The notes beneath the pieces were generated by a model, which saw nothing but the letters and a program-made list of their open reading frames with translations, was not told the origin of the DNA and did no database searches. Positions 9,266 through 19,108 of a stretch of 32,000 nucleotides of DNA are shown here, one piece after another. The position numbers and the translations under genes were made by a program. The stretch's first letter is position 1; every line of letters starts with the position of its first letter. This stretch comes from an uncultured archaeon (GTDB taxonomy: Archaea > Asgardarchaeota > Thorarchaeia > Thorarchaeales > Thorarchaeaceae), in assembly GCA_964648855.1 (NCBI GenBank), contig CAZYLT010000001.1, forward strand, positions 330,001 to 362,000. The letters run 5' to 3'.

Positions 9266-11080
9266 ATGAAAGGATACAGGGGAAGAATACTGCGAGTTAA
9301 TCTCAGTACATCGAAAACCTCCATACAGGATATGGACGAGAATCTGGCAAGGCGGTTTATTGGCGGAGCAGGACTTGGCTGTAGATTGTTGTACGACATG
9401 GTGGACAAAGACACTGACCCCTTAGGGCCAGCGAATCCCTTGATATTCATGACCGGCCCATTCTGTGGCACCTTGGTTCCCACAGGCAGCAAAGCATCTC
9501 TATGTGCACGTTCACCTTACACCGGTCTCTTGGGATACAGTACCTTCGGGGGGCACCTAGGTGCCGACATCAAGTTCGCCGGTTATGATGGCATCATTGT
9601 TACGGGTCAGGCGAACGAACCCAGTTATATTCTGGTAGAAGATGACAATGTCGAAATTAAGGATGCAAAAGAAATCTGGGGAACAGATACGCAGGTAACA
9701 TGGGACACTCTCAAAGAGGAAACGGGGTATAGGAATGCTGGAGTTGCACGTATAGGAATCGCAGGCGAAAATCTCGTCAAATTTGCCAGTGTTATCATAG
9801 ACCATTACCGTGCAGCAGGACGCACCGGTATGGGGGCGGTAATGGGCTCAAAGAAATTGAAGGCATTAGTTGTGAAGGGCAACAACAGAAGAGTTCCAGT
9901 TCATGATGAAGAACTGAGAGAATACACTGCAACTCTAAACAGTGACAAAAGAGATGACCCCACATTTGTCATGTATTCTGATTTAGGCACTGCAGGCTTC
10001 GTAGATATGGCCAGCATTATGTATGGTTCTTTGCCAGCAGGATACTATACGATGTCTGATTTCGATACATACAACATCAGCGGGACTACTATGCGTGAGG
10101 AAATCCTCATCGGAAAATCAGCATGCTATCGTTGTCCTATTGGGTGCGGTAGAAGAATCAAAATTGAAGACGGAAAATACGCCACAGGAGAATTCGCTGG
10201 GCCAGAGCTTGAAATAACCGGTACTATGGGGTCTCTCATTCTGAACAATAATCTAGATGCTTTAGCATATATCAGCAAGCAGTTCGATCTACTTGGCATT
10301 GATTTCATCTCCGGTGGCAATACTATAGCATTTGTCTACTATCTATTTCAGGAAGGGATTCTCACAGGGAACAATCTCGATGGCGTGGAGCCTAAATGGG
10401 GAGAGGTTGAAAGCGCACTAGCACTATTGGATAAGATAGCGAAAAGAGAGGGAATAGGCGATCTTCTTGCTGAGGGAAGCAAGTCTTTCGGAGCTGAATA
10501 CGGCGTTGAAGAACTAGCGGCACAAGTGAATGGACTAGAGCTTCCTCAGCACGACCCACGTGGATTCTCGGGCATGGCAATAGCCTATGCCACCTCCCCG
10601 CGTGGAGCTTGTCATATGAGTGCTGATATGTATAACGTTCAAATGGGTCAGCAGAATGAGGCTCTGGACATTGTAAGCGAGGATAGATTCGCTAATGAAG
10701 CAGATTTGGCTGCCAAGCAACAGGACTTCAGATGCGTGACTAACTCTGCGGTAATCTGCAATTTCTACCCAATAAAGGCCGAAGAACTTGCTATACTCCT
10801 GCAGAAAGTTACTGGGTGGGACTATTCTGTAGCGGAATTAGCAATGACTGGTGAGAGAATATTTACTCTCATGAGATTACTCAATCTAAGACTTGGGTAC
10901 TCGACTAAAAATGAACGACTCCCCGAGATTATATTGAAACCTTTGGAAGGGCCGACTGAGGGCTATGTGCCCGATATAGACGCACAGCTTTCTACATGGT
11001 ACAATTATCGCAAGTGGAGTCCGAATACGGGCGAGCCCAGCGCAGAAAAACTGAGAATCCTGGGTCTCGCAGATATTTGA
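9266..11080 (+). CDS. aor: Aldehyde:ferredoxin oxidoreductase family (W/Mo-pterin)
   Basis: GY.GRILRVNLS, AGRTGMGAVMGSKKLKA, CYRCPIGC, DLLGID, HDPR, RGACH. Confidence 0.93.
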   Translation: MKGYRGRILRVNLSTSKTSIQDMDENLARRFIGGAGLGCRLLYDMVDKDTDPLGPANPLIFMTGPFCGTLVPTGSKASLCARSPYTGLLGYSTFGGHLGADIKFAGYDGIIVTGQANEPSYILVEDDNVEIKDAKEIWGTDTQVTWDTLKEETGYRNAGVARIGIAGENLVKFASVIIDHYRAAGRTGMGAVMGSKKLKALVVKGNNRRVPVHDEELREYTATLNSDKRDDPTFVMYSDLGTAGFVDMASIMYGSLPAGYYTMSDFDTYNISGTTMREEILIGKSACYRCPIGCGRRIKIEDGKYATGEFAGPELEITGTMGSLILNNNLDALAYISKQFDLLGIDFISGGNTIAFVYYLFQEGILTGNNLDGVEPKWGEVESALALLDKIAKREGIGDLLAEGSKSFGAEYGVEELAAQVNGLELPQHDPRGFSGMAIAYATSPRGACHMSADMYNVQMGQQNEALDIVSEDRFANEADLAAKQQDFRCVTNSAVICNFYPIKAEELAILLQKVTGWDYSVAELAMTGERIFTLMRLLNLRLGYSTKNERLPEIILKPLEGPTEGYVPDIDAQLSTWYNYRKWSPNTGEPSAEKLRILGLADI

Positions 11081-11086
11081 TTAAGT

Positions 11087-12607
11087 TCAAGATTCCATAT
11101 TTCCGATGTCGGCTAGAACTGATTTCAACACATCATAGAGAATACCCACATCCTCTATCTTCAGTTTCTCATCAGGTGAGTGTGGATTCTTTATTGTAGG
11201 CCCTATGGAGACCATCTGTAGGCCAGGTATGCCAGCGCCTAATATACCACATTCCAAGCCTGCATGGATTGCCTCGACAATCACGTCACTGCCATAGACT
11301 TTCTCATACTTCTCACGAATAAACTTCAGAAAAGGGCTTTGCGGGTTTGGAGCCCATCCGGGGTAGGCTGGACCTTTTGTGCCAACCCAGCCACCCATTT
11401 TTCCAATGAAAACCAATCTTCGCCGGACAGACTCTAATTCCTCTTTGATGCTGCTTCTTGAAGACATCTGTAATTCAATACCGTGTTCATCAGTGCTGAT
11501 TACAGCCACATTGTTCGATGTTTCAACAAGGTCTTCGACACTTGGTGAGAACCGCAGTGGACCATGTGGAAGTGAGTGGACAGTTCTTATGACACATACT
11601 GAGCTTTCCGTGTTGAATGTACTCGCAGGATTTGCTTTCTCCAAAGAAACCGTAATCTCGGGCTCCAGAACATCATCCTTAACCGACTGCCTACTATAGT
11701 ATTCAGTTATTGCGGAGATTTCATCTTCAATCAGGCTTCGTGCCTCGTCAGCTTTTTCCTTTCGAATCGCAAAAACGGCATGAGAGTCGCGAGGTATTGC
11801 ATTCCGCTTACCACCACCATTCCAGCTGGACAGTCGAACCTCGATTGTATCTATTAGCGCGGATAAGCATCGAGCCACAAGTTTGTTGGCATTCGCTCGA
11901 GGCTCATGAATATCAACGCCTGAGTGACCACCCTGTAATCCGGATACTGACAGTTTGAGGAAGACATCATCAATCTTTGGTTCAAATTTCTGTATCTTCT
12001 TTTCGAGAACCGTGTCTCCGCCACCAGCAGATCCAATTGTTATTACCCCGACATCTTCTGAATCCAAGTTTATGAGAAGCTTGCTCTCAATTCCCATTTC
12101 TTCGGGGTCTAATGCAAAGGCACCAGTGAGCCCAGTTTCCTCATCTACTGTTGCCAGCATCTCAAGTGGCCCGTGTTTGACATCAGGGTCTGTCAGTATT
12201 GCTAGGCCAAGAGCCATTCCAATCCCATTATCGGCACCAAGGGTTGTTTCATCAGCATCAATCCACTCGCCATTCTTCTGAATCCGAACAGGTATTGGCT
12301 TGTTTTCAAAATCGAACCCCCCCTTTCGATCGGTTTCACATACCATGTCTAGATGACCTTGAAGAATCACCGATGGTGCGTTCTCCATGTCTGAATCAGC
12401 TTGCTTCTTGATGAGGATGTTCCCTGCTTCATCCTCAGTCACATCAAGTTCTATTCCAAGTTCTTCTTCTTTTTTCGCAATCCACTCTTTTAGACGTCGT
12501 CGAATTTTCTCCTCCTTTTTGGAGGGGCGCGGTGTTTTCGTAAAGACCTCCTCGAAAATATGCCAGACGTTCTTTGGCTTCAGCTTCTCAAGCACCATGT
12601 TGTTCAA
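11087..12607 (-). CDS. pepD: Aminoacyl-histidine dipeptidase (M20C)
   Basis: QGHLDMV, LGADNG, DEETG, NLDSE, GGHSG.DIH, HAGLECG, HSPDE. Confidence 0.92.
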   Translation of the reverse strand: MNNMVLEKLKPKNVWHIFEEVFTKTPRPSKKEEKIRRRLKEWIAKKEEELGIELDVTEDEAGNILIKKQADSDMENAPSVILQGHLDMVCETDRKGGFDFENKPIPVRIQKNGEWIDADETTLGADNGIGMALGLAILTDPDVKHGPLEMLATVDEETGLTGAFALDPEEMGIESKLLINLDSEDVGVITIGSAGGGDTVLEKKIQKFEPKIDDVFLKLSVSGLQGGHSGVDIHEPRANANKLVARCLSALIDTIEVRLSSWNGGGKRNAIPRDSHAVFAIRKEKADEARSLIEDEISAITEYYSRQSVKDDVLEPEITVSLEKANPASTFNTESSVCVIRTVHSLPHGPLRFSPSVEDLVETSNNVAVISTDEHGIELQMSSRSSIKEELESVRRRLVFIGKMGGWVGTKGPAYPGWAPNPQSPFLKFIREKYEKVYGSDVIVEAIHAGLECGILGAGIPGLQMVSIGPTIKNPHSPDEKLKIEDVGILYDVLKSVLADIGNMES

Positions 12608-12710
12608 TCTCCAGTGTTTTAGAAAAAAGAGAGCCGTCTAATAGTCTTTACCGAAGAAACGCTAACCTTTTGACTGGGTTCTCAAATCCATTTTGGGTGA
12701 GAGGAAAGCA

Positions 12711-13586
12711 ATGGTATTTGATCCAGCATTGACAAACGCGCTTCGTGAGGCGCTCCCGTGGGCAGGTCCATTCTTCTTGGCAATCACTGAGCTTGGCTCT
12801 GAAACCTTTTACGTAGCCCTCATTCTCGTGGGCTACTGGGCATTTCGAAAAACAGACTCTATCAAAGTAGCATACGTCCTTCTCGCGTCAGTAGTTTCAA
12901 ACTACTGGCTAAAACTCGCAATAGCAAACCCAAGGCCAGATCCATCGAACTGGTTGGGTGACTACGAGGCGAGTAACTATAGCACACCAAGCGGTCATTC
13001 TCAGAACTCAGCTACGCTGTTTGGATGGATGGCTGCAAAGGCGAAAACATGGTGGATGACAATTTTATCAGGAATCCTGATATTTCTCATCGGAATCTCA
13101 CGAGTGTATATTGGAGTTCACTACTTAGGTGATGTCCTGCTTGGGTGGGGCGTGGGAATCTTCACAGTCATTGTGCTTTATTTTGCTGAAGAGCCATTAT
13201 CTAGATACTTTGAGAGAATGAATAGCACGCTCCTTTATGGGCTCCTATTCCTCTTCGGGCTCCTGGCTACACTTGTGTCATCGTTTCTACTGCCACTGCC
13301 ACTAGGAGACAATTTCGGATCTCTGGGTGGACTAATCATGGGTTTAGCAATTGGTCTTCCTTTGGAGCAGCGCTATGTTGGATTTGACACTGCTGCACCA
13401 CAGGGCCAGAACTGGCGTGTGATACTTAGGATTCTCTTTGGTCTGATTATAGTTATTGGAGTGATGATTGGACTGGCGCCAATCTTGGCGACTGAGAATA
13501 TTTTCCTTAGAGCAGTGAGATATACACTTGTTGTCATTATTGGCTCATTTGCCTGGCCTCTGATATTCAAGAAGATTGGCATCTGA
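12711..13586 (+). CDS. Membrane PAP2-family phosphatase with extra C-terminal transmembrane helices
   Basis: KLAIANPRP, PSGH, SRVYIGVHYLGD; GAGGA RBS. Confidence 0.9.
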   Translation: MVFDPALTNALREALPWAGPFFLAITELGSETFYVALILVGYWAFRKTDSIKVAYVLLASVVSNYWLKLAIANPRPDPSNWLGDYEASNYSTPSGHSQNSATLFGWMAAKAKTWWMTILSGILIFLIGISRVYIGVHYLGDVLLGWGVGIFTVIVLYFAEEPLSRYFERMNSTLLYGLLFLFGLLATLVSSFLLPLPLGDNFGSLGGLIMGLAIGLPLEQRYVGFDTAAPQGQNWRVILRILFGLIIVIGVMIGLAPILATENIFLRAVRYTLVVIIGSFAWPLIFKKIGI

Positions 13587-13655
13587 GCTGCAAATCAATT
13601 AGGCTCGACAGATTCAATAGCAGGAACACAATTCAATATGAGAAGTGTGAGCACA

Positions 13656-14375
13656 ATGGAAAGTAAATTCAGTAGTCCGTTAAGCAGTCCTCTGTATCCC
13701 CCTCCACCCTACCATTACGAGAATGCAAGATTGTTTCTTTCATTATTCTATCCATCAGAGGATTCAGTTCAAACCCTTCTGCCAAAGCCCCTAATGCCCT
13801 CACAACTTCCGCTCATGGCCTTGCTTGTTGCGGAACAGCCGTGCAAAGAAACAGGTACCTTCATGGAGGCAGGCATACTCGTACAATGCATGTTTGACAA
13901 TCGCGAGTCGGGTGAAGAAGAGGTGGGCGTCTACTTCGCTCAGAACTTCGTTGATTCGGATATCGCTCTGGCTGCAGGGAGAGAGATTTGGGGCTATCCG
14001 AGAAAGCTGGCGAATATCTCTTTAGATTTGAAAGGAGATATGCTGAATGCAAAAGTCGTGCGAAACGGCAATATCTTACTCGAAACAATGTGCGAGCTCA
14101 CCGATGAAGGAGAATGGATTGATAGCGGCCCCAATATCAATGCCAAAATATTACCAGAAGTGGGTGGTTCCAGCCACTCCATATTATCTCTGACCGCCAC
14201 ATATCTCACATATGATATAAAGAATGGGCGCTCTGGTGATGTGCAAATAGACATTCAAGGTACACCTGATAACGGACTTGATGTCATTGAGATTGAGAGT
14301 TCCATGATCGGACTCTATTTTGATTGCGACATAACTGTCCCAGCAGGAAAAGAAATCGCCAAGTTAGAGCTATAG
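13656..14375 (+). CDS. Acetoacetate decarboxylase-like (Adc) family protein
   Basis: PL.SPLYPPPPY, LLPKPL, AAGREIWGYPRK; start 13638 or 13656. Confidence 0.85.
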   Translation: MESKFSSPLSSPLYPPPPYHYENARLFLSLFYPSEDSVQTLLPKPLMPSQLPLMALLVAEQPCKETGTFMEAGILVQCMFDNRESGEEEVGVYFAQNFVDSDIALAAGREIWGYPRKLANISLDLKGDMLNAKVVRNGNILLETMCELTDEGEWIDSGPNINAKILPEVGGSSHSILSLTATYLTYDIKNGRSGDVQIDIQGTPDNGLDVIEIESSMIGLYFDCDITVPAGKEIAKLEL

Positions 14376-16088
14376 ATACTCGCTCGCGTCCATTTTAGCC
14401 AATTTCAGACCAGCAAGCCTAGTGTTACGCCTAAAGAGAAGGTAGCATATCAGTGCAAAACCGGGTAGAGCAAGGTATGTGTAAAGCACATTCATGGTCA
14501 GCCCAATCGAAATCATCCCGAAAATCCCAATATAGCCCAGTAGCAGAGGGAAAATCAGAGCTCGCACCAGACTCCATATTGATATCGGCATTTGGGTTGA
14601 AGAGCCGCGCTGTCTCTCGATTTGACGCTCTGCCTTGAATTCCCCTCCATCTGCTGCTGCATAAGCGGCACTCGCACCTGATGCCATTGTCAAGAATAGC
14701 AGACCAATTGTGATGGCAGGAAGATACAGTAGCAAAATAGGAGTCAGGAAGTAGATGAAGACCGAGGTTATGACTCCGGCACCAATGGTAAATGGAAGAG
14801 CACTATACACTTTTCCCTTGAGATAATCCTGCAGATTTACACTCGCAAGCTGAAGGTTCATAATGTTATCGCCCTCATAGACTGTTTCCAATCCAGCAAA
14901 GTAATAACCATATGCGAGAGCAATTGGAATCACTGCGGATATCATTAGGTAAGGAGTGAATGCAAATATCATTTCTCCGCCTGCAAATGCTGGTAGAATT
15001 ATCCAGATTACATATCTAATGGGACCTAGGAGATACTGAGTCAATACTCTCGCTTCTCGTCTTATGGTCGAGATATTGTACCATACTGATGCACTGATCG
15101 TTTGATTGAACTTGATGCCCGGTATTGGCTGTGGATCCCAGGTGGAGTGGTCTACGGGTGCAGCTTTCTTGGGTGTGCGTTTCTCTGCTGATGCAAGCCA
15201 GCCACTGTAATGTGCTTTTTCGCTAGCGATAGCGGTTAGATAAAGAAGGCCAACCGAGAGAAATCCATAGAAAATCGCCATAGCCAAATCCTGAATCGGG
15301 ATAGGGAGTCCTACAAGAGTACGTAGTGTTATTGAGCTTGCAGCGTAGCCGGGTGTGAGGTCTGATGAGAATCCTAAGGATTGGAGAATATCAAATACAC
15401 CCGTGAAGAGTCCAAATCCAAAACCGCCATCGGAAAGATAGAATGATGCATACCAAAGTGTACCACCGATTATCCCAGCAGCAGTGAGTATAGCATAGCC
15501 AACCTGTTTCAGTCTTCTTCGCCCCGCCACTAGCCTAGAAACCCCGAGGCCAAGTAGTCCACCAAAAGATACCCCAATAGCTATCAGCAAATACATTGAC
15601 AGAAGAAATACAGGAATAGATATGAAAGCAAAGAGAGCTGGAGACAGTATACTAAACCCAGCAAAAATCGACCCTCCAATCACCAACCAGAAAATGCTGT
15701 TGTAGAATACCGTAATGATGACCTTCTCCAAGAACAGAGTTCGGAGAGAGATGGGCATAACCATCAGATACTCCATTCGAGAGCTATTCGCAACTGTTGA
15801 AGCCATGACAGCAGTAGAGCCCAGAAAAGAGAATAACATGAGTGTGTTGAAAATTGTTGCTCCAAGCCCAGGATTTTCAGTAGCAACAGAACGTGCCAAG
15901 GGCCACAATGGTCTCCCGGGAAAAACAATGAAGAGTGTGATGATTACTGCGATAGCAATAGCTATCACCAATCTCGAAGATCTCTTCCAAAGAGGCTCAA
16001 GTTCAGTGCGTTTTCCGCCAGGATTCATAAAACGAAATGTTCTGGACAAATCTTGCCTGAGGAGGAAAATCAAATCAGATATGTTCAA
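14370..16088 (-). CDS. Large ABC-2-type exporter permease
   Basis: About 12 hydrophobic segments in two halves, MEYLMVMPIS...LF.EK motif; 4-bp overlap with the upstream ABC ATPase. Confidence 0.75.
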   Translation of the reverse strand: MNISDLIFLLRQDLSRTFRFMNPGGKRTELEPLWKRSSRLVIAIAIAVIITLFIVFPGRPLWPLARSVATENPGLGATIFNTLMLFSFLGSTAVMASTVANSSRMEYLMVMPISLRTLFLEKVIITVFYNSIFWLVIGGSIFAGFSILSPALFAFISIPVFLLSMYLLIAIGVSFGGLLGLGVSRLVAGRRRLKQVGYAILTAAGIIGGTLWYASFYLSDGGFGFGLFTGVFDILQSLGFSSDLTPGYAASSITLRTLVGLPIPIQDLAMAIFYGFLSVGLLYLTAIASEKAHYSGWLASAEKRTPKKAAPVDHSTWDPQPIPGIKFNQTISASVWYNISTIRREARVLTQYLLGPIRYVIWIILPAFAGGEMIFAFTPYLMISAVIPIALAYGYYFAGLETVYEGDNIMNLQLASVNLQDYLKGKVYSALPFTIGAGVITSVFIYFLTPILLLYLPAITIGLLFLTMASGASAAYAAADGGEFKAERQIERQRGSSTQMPISIWSLVRALIFPLLLGYIGIFGMISIGLTMNVLYTYLALPGFALICYLLFRRNTRLAGLKLAKMDASEYL

Positions 16089-16858
16089 TTCCTCTCACCA
16101 GAATCTTCAAGGTAACTCGCAATTAATTGCATATCGGGTCCACCAGTAAGCTCCAGGAAAATTTCTTCAAGAGAAGACTGACCTTCAGCCTTTTCGCGCA
16201 GCTCATCCAGAGTACCTTCGGCAATCATCTTGCCATCTTTAATTATTCCAACTCTATCGCACATTTGTTCTGCAATCTCTAGCACATGAGTAGACATGAG
16301 AATTGATGCCCCTCGCTTTCGCAGACCGTTGAGAATTTCTTTGACAGTTGCCGCACCCCGAGGATCTATACCTGCTTGTACTTCATCTAGAATCAAAACC
16401 TGAGGTCTATGAACGAGAGCAGCAACCAAGCTTACCTTCCGTGTCATACCCTGTGAATATGTTTCAATGAGGTCATCGCTGGCATCCATGATATCAAGCA
16501 GTTCGAGGAGTTCCTCAATGTCTTCCGTTCTTTCTTCTCCTCGCTTGACCCTCCAAATATCTGCCACATAATTCACATATTCCCAACCAGTTAAGCGCTC
16601 AGGGAGTACGGGGTTTTCTGGAACATATCCTGTAACCCTCTTTGCCTTTACAATTTCATCCCTTATGCCATGACCGTTTATTTTGGCTGTTCCCTCTGTC
16701 GGCTTAAGCAGGCCTAGAAGCATTCGCATCGTCGTTGATTTGCCAGACCCATTTGGCCCGAGTAGGCCGTAAATTTCTCCAGAATTTACTGTGAACGAGA
16801 GATGGTCTACCGCGACAAAGTCCCCAAACTTCTTTGTAAGCTCAACAGCCTCAATCAT
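16085..16858 (-). CDS. ABC transporter ATP-binding protein
   Basis: Walker A GPNGSGKST, signature YSQGM, Walker B ILDE, H-loop STH. Confidence 0.95.
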   Translation of the reverse strand: MIEAVELTKKFGDFVAVDHLSFTVNSGEIYGLLGPNGSGKSTTMRMLLGLLKPTEGTAKINGHGIRDEIVKAKRVTGYVPENPVLPERLTGWEYVNYVADIWRVKRGEERTEDIEELLELLDIMDASDDLIETYSQGMTRKVSLVAALVHRPQVLILDEVQAGIDPRGAATVKEILNGLRKRGASILMSTHVLEIAEQMCDRVGIIKDGKMIAEGTLDELREKAEGQSSLEEIFLELTGGPDMQLIASYLEDSGERN

Positions 16859-16931
16859 TGAATCTCACCGCCGAATCTGGGCTAATCACATAAATGGTTT
16901 GAGTTTCAGGTTAATTGTTTATTGGGCGTTT

Positions 16932-16945
16932 CAAAAGTATAAAAA
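16932..16945 (+). promoter_or_regulatory. Candidate archaeal BRE-TATA promoter of the lipoate cluster
   Basis: CAAAAG-TATAAAAA about 45 bp upstream of the ATG; GAGGAG RBS at 16975-16980. Confidence 0.4.
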
Positions 16946-16988
16946 GAGAGTCTAAATCCTCAGAGAGCACGTCAGAGGAGTATTGGCA

Positions 16989-18116
16989 ATGGCAAGTGAG
17001 GCGTCTGAAGAGAAAAGAAAGAACCAAAGCAAAGAATCGCCCGAGTATGTTAGGACGAGTCTTGCTGCCGCAATGACCATGAACAAGCTCCCAGGAAAAT
17101 TCTATCGTGATGCAAAACTCTACTGCATCAATCTCCTTTTGACTTATGATGAAGGATGCCATGCAAGATGTGCGTATTGTGGTCTCTCAAACTCTCGAGA
17201 AGTGGATACGGATTGGGTGGACAACAGCTTCATCAGGGTTGACTGGCCAATTTATCCTCTCAACGAAGTGAAAGAGGCACTATCAGATGGAACTTGCCCG
17301 CATGTAGAGAGAGTCTGTGTCTCGATGATAACACTAGGTTGTGCTCGAGAGGACTGTTTTAAGGTCGTTTCAGAGTTAAGAGAGGTAATCCCGCAGATTT
17401 CGGTCTTAATCACACCGACCATTTTGAATGAGAATTGGCTGATTAGAGCCAAGGAGGCTGGAGCAGACAAGGTGGGTATCGCAGTAGATGCTGCCACTCC
17501 AGAACTATTTGAGAAGCTGCGGGGAAACGGAGTCAACGGCCCCCACAAGTGGAAGAAATATTGGCAAACCGTTGAGGAAGCAGTTGAAGTATTTGGTAAA
17601 GAGAATGTTGGAATTCATTTGATAGTTGGAGTTGGAGAGACCGAAAAGGAGATGGTTGATGCAATACAACGTGCCCAAGACCTTGGCGCTGACACCCATC
17701 TCTTTTCTTTTTTCCCAGAAGAGGGTTCAGATATGCAAGACGATCCACAGCCACCTCTGGGTACGTACCGTCGGATTCAGGCTGCACGATATCTGATAAA
17801 TAACGAATTAACCTCTGCAAAGAGAATGCAATTCAATAATCAAGGTCAGATTACAGATTTTGGCATCAGCAAGACCGAGTACAATCAAATGATGTCTGAG
17901 GGAAAGGCATTCATGACCTCGGGTTGCAACGGAACAACCATGGATAATGCATGCAATCGACCCTTTGGAAATTGCACCCCCTATCAGGCCTATATTGGAC
18001 ACTGGAGGAACTTCCCGCTATCCCCTGATAAGGACGATTTGAAAAAGATTGCAGAACAGATACGAGACTACTCATTGAGCTATGAGATGGACGATGACTA
18101 TTTTGAAGATGAATGA
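16989..18116 (+). CDS. lipS2: Radical SAM lipoyl synthase component LipS2
   Basis: CHARCAYC (CX3CX2C), HLIVG.GETE, C-terminal TSGC...CNRP signature; sits in a lipoate ligase cluster. Confidence 0.85.
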   Translation: MASEASEEKRKNQSKESPEYVRTSLAAAMTMNKLPGKFYRDAKLYCINLLLTYDEGCHARCAYCGLSNSREVDTDWVDNSFIRVDWPIYPLNEVKEALSDGTCPHVERVCVSMITLGCAREDCFKVVSELREVIPQISVLITPTILNENWLIRAKEAGADKVGIAVDAATPELFEKLRGNGVNGPHKWKKYWQTVEEAVEVFGKENVGIHLIVGVGETEKEMVDAIQRAQDLGADTHLFSFFPEEGSDMQDDPQPPLGTYRRIQAARYLINNELTSAKRMQFNNQGQITDFGISKTEYNQMMSEGKAFMTSGCNGTTMDNACNRPFGNCTPYQAYIGHWRNFPLSPDKDDLKKIAEQIRDYSLSYEMDDDYFEDE

Positions 18117-19104
18117 GAGTCTTCTTGAACAGTGCTTCGAAGCAGAGGAGTATGATCTTAAGCCACTCTTTGAGATGGCTTTTGAATTGTCAAGAAAGAA
18201 GTTCTCAGAGGACATTATCTTCTATTCTCCAGGAATGATTCATTATCAGACCGAATTTCATGAGGCAACTGACCCATTTAGGTTTCCAAGCATCTCAATA
18301 ACTGGTAATTCTTGTGCCATTGGCTGCGAGCATTGTAGAGGAAGGCTTCTAGAAAGCATGATACATGCCACTACTCCAGAGGATCTCTGGAGAATCTGTG
18401 AAGAAATTGTCAGAAAGGGAGGCTCAGGGTGTCTGATAAGCGGTGGTTCAACTTCGCGAGGCAACACACCCTTGGAGCAGTTCATACCAATAATAGAGAG
18501 AGTAAAATCCGACTTAGACCTCAATGTCGTTGTCCACACAGGAATAGTATATCCCGAGATTGCTGAGGAACTTGGTCGAGCGGGAATAGATGGAGCCATG
18601 CTTGATATTATTGGCTCACACCAAACCTTGGAAGAGATTTACCACCTCGATATGCCAGTGAGCATATTTGAGGACTCCATGCGACTTCTTAATGAGTATA
18701 ATGTTCCAATGATGCCACATATTATTGCTGGGCTATACCATGGGAAGCTCAATGGTGAGGACCAGGCAATCCGAATGATTGGAAAATATAATCCGGATTC
18801 AATAGTGATTGTTGCCTTTATGCCGCTCGATGACACCCCAATGGAAAAAACGAATCCAGCGACACCCATGGATATAGCGAGGGTGGTACTTGGAGCGCGG
18901 TTGTACATTCAGGACCGCCCAGTCGTTCTTGGGTGTGCACGACCTCTTGGTCTACATCGTAGAAGCCTAGACCGACTTGCTATCGATGCGGGAGTGAATG
19001 CCATAGCCTACCCTACTGAAGAAGGATACTCCTATGCAAAGAAGAGAAACCTATCAATCGGTTTATCGGACCAATGTTGTTCCTTGATAACTAAAAAACT
19101 GTGA
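18109..19104 (+). CDS. lipS1: Radical SAM lipoyl synthase component LipS1
   Basis: SITG.SCAIGCEHC, GCLISGG, LGCARP and terminal CC signatures. Confidence 0.87.
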   Translation: MNESLLEQCFEAEEYDLKPLFEMAFELSRKKFSEDIIFYSPGMIHYQTEFHEATDPFRFPSISITGNSCAIGCEHCRGRLLESMIHATTPEDLWRICEEIVRKGGSGCLISGGSTSRGNTPLEQFIPIIERVKSDLDLNVVVHTGIVYPEIAEELGRAGIDGAMLDIIGSHQTLEEIYHLDMPVSIFEDSMRLLNEYNVPMMPHIIAGLYHGKLNGEDQAIRMIGKYNPDSIVIVAFMPLDDTPMEKTNPATPMDIARVVLGARLYIQDRPVVLGCARPLGLHRRSLDRLAIDAGVNAIAYPTEEGYSYAKKRNLSIGLSDQCCSLITKKL

Positions 19105-19108
19105 TAGC

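Noticed and set aside
16989-19104. Biotin synthase or LipA annotation
   Set aside because: The LipA CX4CX5C motif is absent; LipS1/S2 signatures and ligase neighbours fit better
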